Source: Trichosphaerium sp. ATCC 40318 (lineage: Eukaryota > Protista > Tubulinea). Taken from it: a stretch of DNA of 64,000 bases. How positions within the stretch are numbered: position 1 is the stretch's first letter; each line of letters starts with the position of its first letter. Shown piece after piece: positions 62,799 through 64,000 of the stretch. The stretch lies in the NCBI GenBank assembly GCA_038496445.1, contig JALMLS010000540.1:124001-188000 (forward strand). Reading direction: 5' to 3'. The notes below the pieces were generated by a model, which was not told the origin of the DNA, did not search any database, and was given only the letters and a program-made list of their open reading frames with translations. The translations under genes were made by a program, and so were the position numbers.

Positions 62799-63828
62799 AT
62801 GTCCATTGACAGCAACGAAATACAGATCACTGATGATGCCGTGCTTGCTATAGAAGAATGGATGTCTTTCAAGACCTTAAACAGTGTCATGCAAATTTCG
62901 AAGCGATTCATGTCTCTGTTGGGAGACAACGTTACGTGGAAGCGTGCATACATAAGAAAATACAAATTTACATTGCCAATACCAGATGATACAGAGATTA
63001 AGATAGATTGGCGTGAATTGGCTATGGGCCGCTCCTTTATGTTGTTTCCAAGTACAACCAGCGTTGCTGAGCTGGTTTGGCACTTGACAGCTCAAAGAAC
63101 ATGAAAAACGACATAGCGGCCATACGTTTGTTGGGAAGGTTACAAGCGGCACGCGTGTTCAAGGAGACCCTTGAAGAACTTGAAGAAATTGAAGGCACAG
63201 TAGAACTCCAACTCTTTTCTGCTACTGTATTTACCACCGTTAAATACGAGACAACACTTGCAGATTACTTTGTGAGTGATTCGCGATCTATAAAGGTACC
63301 AAGGAACTTCGAAACTTACAGTTTTTGCATAAAAGTGTTTCCCCTTTTTTTCTTATCGTTTTGAAACCTCTTATTATTATGTAGTGGAATCTTTACTCTC
63401 TTGCTACTGGGCTTCCTGTAAAGTTTACATACTCCCATTACAAGAGTGGTGATAAAGAAACAGCAGAAGGAGAACAAGAGATACAATACGAAATCTATGG
63501 AGAAAAAATTAAGTCATTATTTCCTCCATGTACAAGCCAAACAACATCTTTCAGGATGAAAAAGACATACAATGCAGCTGAAAAGGATGAGCAAAAAGAA
63601 AAAAATAACCTTGAGAATAACATAATACCACTGGTTTCTTTTATTTTTGGTGGTGATGGAAAGGATGAACATCAACGAGCTGACTTGGCTAATTATATTT
63701 ATACATGTTGTTTTGCTCACTATCCAAAATCAATGTATTTTCGTGGAGCTTGTCCTCCTTCTGATTGGGACGGATTATATGAAGCTATGGATGAAGCTTC
63801 TGCATTTTGGAGTGTATGCTCTTTGTAG
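62799..63828 (+). CDS. F-box-like protein
   Basis: ITDDAVLAIEEWMSFKTLNSVMQISKRF...DNVTWKR...IDWREL is F-box-like. Continues through two probable introns to ORF 63556-63828. Confidence 0.65.
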
Positions 63829-64000
63829 TTTATGCTCTTTGTAGTTTTTATGCAAATAACAAAAATAAAAAAATGAATATTAAGCTGTTGTTCAAGATTG
63901 ACTCCCCATTTCATCCTTTACTTGTACCATTTTAGATCACGTGACTATCGCGAGTGATGAAGTAATATAAAAAAAGGAACTGCAGGCCAAGAGATAAACA

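Noticed and set aside
1-64000. Prokaryotic operons, CRISPR arrays, rRNA or tRNA genes
   Set aside because: Genes are interrupted by spliceosomal introns and encode eukaryotic domains. I saw no repeat-spacer array and no recognisable structural RNA, though an Infernal/tRNAscan run would be needed to exclude small RNAs.
1-64000. Alternative genetic code or widespread pseudogenisation to explain fragmented ORFs
   Set aside because: The stops I examined fall within short GT/GC-AG introns, and TAA, TAG and TGA all end spliced genes.

Overview
This is AT-rich (roughly 35% GC by eye), gene-dense eukaryotic DNA from a free-living protist. An amoebozoan-like source is an inference, not an identification. 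It holds about 25 protein genes, most broken by many short (~40-60 nt) GT-AG introns and several GC-AG introns, so the ORF track shows exon fragments; I spliced the genes by hand. Genes include a ubiquitin-like protein, a giant VIT-vWA-TPR-DUF2135 gene with a long helical insert, two BTB proteins, an NDUFAF8-like twin-CX9C gene missing from the ORF track, a C2 protein, an HMG-box protein, a C2-CRIB-3xSH3 protein, an APMAP-like protein and a chromodomain protein. Further along are a catalytically dead leishmanolysin-like secreted protein, a spectrin-PX-PH-RhoGAP lacking its arginine finger, a cluster of three F-box-like + MORN-variant repeat genes, a ZIP transporter, an M14 carboxypeptidase, an atypical Ras-like GTPase, a bacterial-type ricin-B lectin protein and an F-box protein. 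I saw no rRNA, tRNA, CRISPR array or autonomous transposon. The most unusual sequence-level signal is a window-wide excess of the palindrome CACGTG: about 47 copies counted by eye against about 6 expected, many inside introns. Other highlights are several intron-containing genes of apparent bacterial type and a nearly intronless, giant-virus-like F-box/MORN island at 43.6-48.7 kb. All family calls come from motif recognition, with no database search.
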